From Planctomycetota bacterium (GTDB lineage: Bacteria > Planctomycetota > UBA11346), in the NCBI GenBank assembly GCA_038213805.1, contig JBBQSO010000037.1, positions 1 to 49,134 on the forward strand: a stretch of 49,134 bases of DNA. Direction: 5' to 3'. Under the pieces are notes generated by a model. It did no database searches and was not told the origin of the DNA. It was given only the letters and a program-made list of their open reading frames with translations. The translations under genes and the position numbers were made by a program. Shown here in pieces: positions 46,895 through 49,134 of this stretch. The stretch's first letter is position 1. Each line of letters begins with the position of its first letter.

Positions 46895-48187
46895 TCAGAG
46901 GCGCCATTCCAGATCGGGCAGCGCCACAGCGAGCCCTGTCGCCTCGGTGGCCTTGGAAGGGGCCGTGGCGCCCTCCAGGGCCGACCACGGCGTCTGGGTG
47001 CCATCCGGTGCCACGCGGACGGGATCGGTGGCAGCGTAGGCCGCATAGCGGCGCACGATCACGTCGGCGTACCGGGGATCGAGTTCCACGAGGTAGCCGC
47101 GCCGACCGGTCTGCTGGGCGGCGATCATGGTGGTGCCCGAGCCGCCGAAGGGATCGAGGACGATGCCCCCGGTGGGGCAGGAGTTGGTGATCTGGTAGGC
47201 GATCAGCTCGACCGGCTTCATGGTGGGATGCTCGGCGCTGCGGCTGGGCTTGTCGTAGGCCAGCACCGTGGTCTGGCTGCGATCGGACAACCAGGTGTGG
47301 GCTGCGCCGTTCGCCCAGCCGTAGAGGCACGGCTCGTGCTGCCACTGGTAGTCCTGCCGGCCGAGCACGAAGGTATTCTTGGTCCAGATCAGGCACTGCC
47401 GCACGGTCAGCCCAATGGCCGCACAGGCGCTGCGCACCGCCAGGCCTTCGGAGTCGGCGTGCCAGATGTAATAGCCACCCCCGGGCTTCAGGACGCCCAC
47501 CGCGTTGCCCAGGGCGGCCACCAGGAGGCGCCGATAGGCATCATCGCCCAGGTCATCGTTGGCGATGGTCAGGCGATCCTCGGTGCGGCCCTCGTAGCCG
47601 ACGTTGTAGGGCGGGTCGGTCAGCAGCAGGTCGGCCTGCGCCCCGTCCATGAGCCGGCTCATGGTCTCCGGCGCCGTGCTATCGCTGCACAGCAGGCGGT
47701 GATGACCCAGGAGCCACAGGTCCCCGGGGCGTGTGATGGCTTCCCCCAGGGCCGGTGCCGCCGGCACCTCGTCGGGCTCGCCGCCTTCCAACCCGGAGAT
47801 CAGGGTCTCCAGGGCGTGCTCGTCGAAGCCGAGCAGCGCGAGGTCATAGTCCTCCACGCGCAGCTCCTTCAGCTCGGACGCGAGGAGGCCCTCGTCCCAC
47901 CCCGCGCCGAGGGCGATCTGGTTATCGGCGATCACCAGCGCCCGGCGCTGGGTGACGGTGAGATGGTCGAGAACGATGCAGGGCACCTCGGTCATGCCGA
48001 CCTGCTCAGCGGCGGCGAGTCGCCCATGCCCGGCGATGATGCCGCCATCGGGGTCGATGAGCAGCGGATTGGTGAAGCCGAACTCCCGGATGCTGGCCGC
48101 GAGGAGGGCGAGCTGCGCGGCGGGGTGCGTGCGGGGGTTCACGGCGGCAGGGCTGAGGGAGGTGAGGGGGCGGGTAATGATCTGCAT
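46895..48187 (-). CDS. ParB-N domain / DNA N6-N4 methyltransferase (phage-type)
   Basis: NPRTH, FGFTNP, IIAGHGR, ADN (ParB-like); TDPPYNV, HPTMKP, DPFGGSGTT. Confidence 0.92.
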   Translation of the reverse strand: MQIITRPLTSLSPAAVNPRTHPAAQLALLAASIREFGFTNPLLIDPDGGIIAGHGRLAAAEQVGMTEVPCIVLDHLTVTQRRALVIADNQIALGAGWDEGLLASELKELRVEDYDLALLGFDEHALETLISGLEGGEPDEVPAAPALGEAITRPGDLWLLGHHRLLCSDSTAPETMSRLMDGAQADLLLTDPPYNVGYEGRTEDRLTIANDDLGDDAYRRLLVAALGNAVGVLKPGGGYYIWHADSEGLAVRSACAAIGLTVRQCLIWTKNTFVLGRQDYQWQHEPCLYGWANGAAHTWLSDRSQTTVLAYDKPSRSAEHPTMKPVELIAYQITNSCPTGGIVLDPFGGSGTTMIAAQQTGRRGYLVELDPRYADVIVRRYAAYAATDPVRVAPDGTQTPWSALEGATAPSKATEATGLAVALPDLEWRL

Positions 48188-48218
48188 GGCGGGTTCCAGG
48201 AAGGAGGGGGTCAGAGGC

Positions 48219-48402
48219 GAGGTGGGGAACGTTCCCGAGCGCGGCAGCGCGGGAACAGGGTGGGGAACATTGCCCCCCGTTCCCCGTTCCCCAGCTCTGC
48301 GCCCTTAAGGGCGCGCAGAGACCTGGGGAACAGGTCCGGGGTGTACGGTTTGGGTGGTGTTCCCCACCTCACCGCGAGGACGGGAACAGGGGTGGGGAAC
48401 AT
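48219..48402. repeat. Iteron-like cluster (putative replication origin)
   Basis: Ten GGGAAC/GTTCCC hexamers in both orientations around palindrome GCGCCCTTAAGGGCGC (48299-48314), right after the helicase gene. Confidence 0.6.
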
Positions 48403-48428
48403 CGGGAAGTGGGGCTGCGAGAGGCAGG

Positions 48429-49133
48429 TCATGGCTGTCCTTTCGCCATGCGGAGGGCCTCGCTTGCGGTGTCGCTCCGGCAGCCGGCGCGCTCCTTGAG
48501 GGTGCGCACCGACAGGGTCGGGTCCTCCTGGGCGAGGCGGTGAGCCCGCTCTTCAGGGGATTCGGTGCGGCTGCCCGGAAGCCCCACCATCGCACACCCG
48601 TGGGCTCCGGACCACGTCGTGATGATCGGTGTCTGGCCTTCCAGAAGGTCACTGATCGCCAACTCTACATCCGCCTTCCGCAGACGCGGCTGCTCCTTCC
48701 GCAGGGTCGCCACCACCAAGTCGCAGGTTGCACGCGTGGACCGTGGTCCCGTGGTCAATATCCCGATGACGGCAGTGGCGAGCGCATCGCGATCGACGAC
48801 GGGTGTCCCGCCCTTCCTCCCGGCGTCCTGGGCTGCATGGGCATCCCCGGCATGAGCCCACTCAATGCGGGGCACCTCGCTGGCGCCCTCGGTGAAGGGG
48901 TCCGCCCACGCGAAGCGCCACGTCCAGCCGTTCTCGTCGATTCTGCCGAGGTTCGACTTCACCACGCGGAACCAGCGCTCGCCGTCCTGGAGCCCCTTGT
49001 CGAGCAGGCTGGCGACGCGCACCCCCGCGGTCATCTGTGCTGACCCGGCGATGGCGTCCATGGCATCGCCGTCTCCCTGGCCGGACTTGCGCAGGTGCGC
49101 GACGACGACCACCGCCGCTCCGGTCTGGCGGGC
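48429..49133 (-). CDS. AAA_25/RepA-type primase-helicase, C-terminal part (5' truncated by window)
   Basis: ARQTGAAVVVVAHLRK, AIAGS, R....VKSNLG motifs of RecA-like SF4/RepA helicases; frame open to the window edge. Confidence 0.75.
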   Translation of the reverse strand, partial: ARQTGAAVVVVAHLRKSGQGDGDAMDAIAGSAQMTAGVRVASLLDKGLQDGERWFRVVKSNLGRIDENGWTWRFAWADPFTEGASEVPRIEWAHAGDAHAAQDAGRKGGTPVVDRDALATAVIGILTTGPRSTRATCDLVVATLRKEQPRLRKADVELAISDLLEGQTPIITTWSGAHGCAMVGLPGSRTESPEERAHRLAQEDPTLSVRTLKERAGCRSDTASEALRMAKGQP

Positions 49134-49134
49134 C

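Larger units (their letters stand above)
32329..49134 (-). mobile_element. Integrated phage-satellite-like/genomic island (partial; runs off window)
   Basis: att-like boundary, AT-richer cargo, terS-like, ParB-MTase and AAA helicase genes all on the minus strand; no integrase within window. Confidence 0.6.

Noticed and set aside
46481..48499. 672-aa plus-strand ORF
   Set aside because: Antisense shadow of the terS-like and ParB-methyltransferase genes

Overview
High-GC bacterial DNA, most consistent with a Planctomycetota/PVC-type genome (DUF1552/DUF1592 pair, DUF1080, oversized pilin-like cassette, FlgD-Ig/NHL secreted protein). Left part (1-32.3 kb): tRNA-Asp/tRNA-Val; a two-gene unit of a PilZ-like/coiled-coil protein plus a MamK-family actin with no magnetosome genes in the window; heptamer-repeat hairpins; a leader-peptide attenuator; secreted proteins; and a compact ~10.4-kb cluster (two B12-binding radical SAM enzymes, two GNAT-like proteins, GH3 ligase, PAP2, NTF2-like, Rieske oxygenase, alpha/beta hydrolase, desaturase) that looks like an uncharacterised lipid/lipoamide tailoring pathway. 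Right part (32.3 kb to the edge): an integrated element bounded by an orphan tRNA 3' end plus terminator. It carries a ~2780-aa glycan-active surface protein, a Sec-type Hint-domain polymorphic toxin with two candidate immunity genes, and a phage-satellite-like module (lambda-type cos-like site, terS-like gene without terL, ParB-methyltransferase, iteron cluster, AAA primase/helicase). All family calls are from motif recognition by eye; no database search was run.
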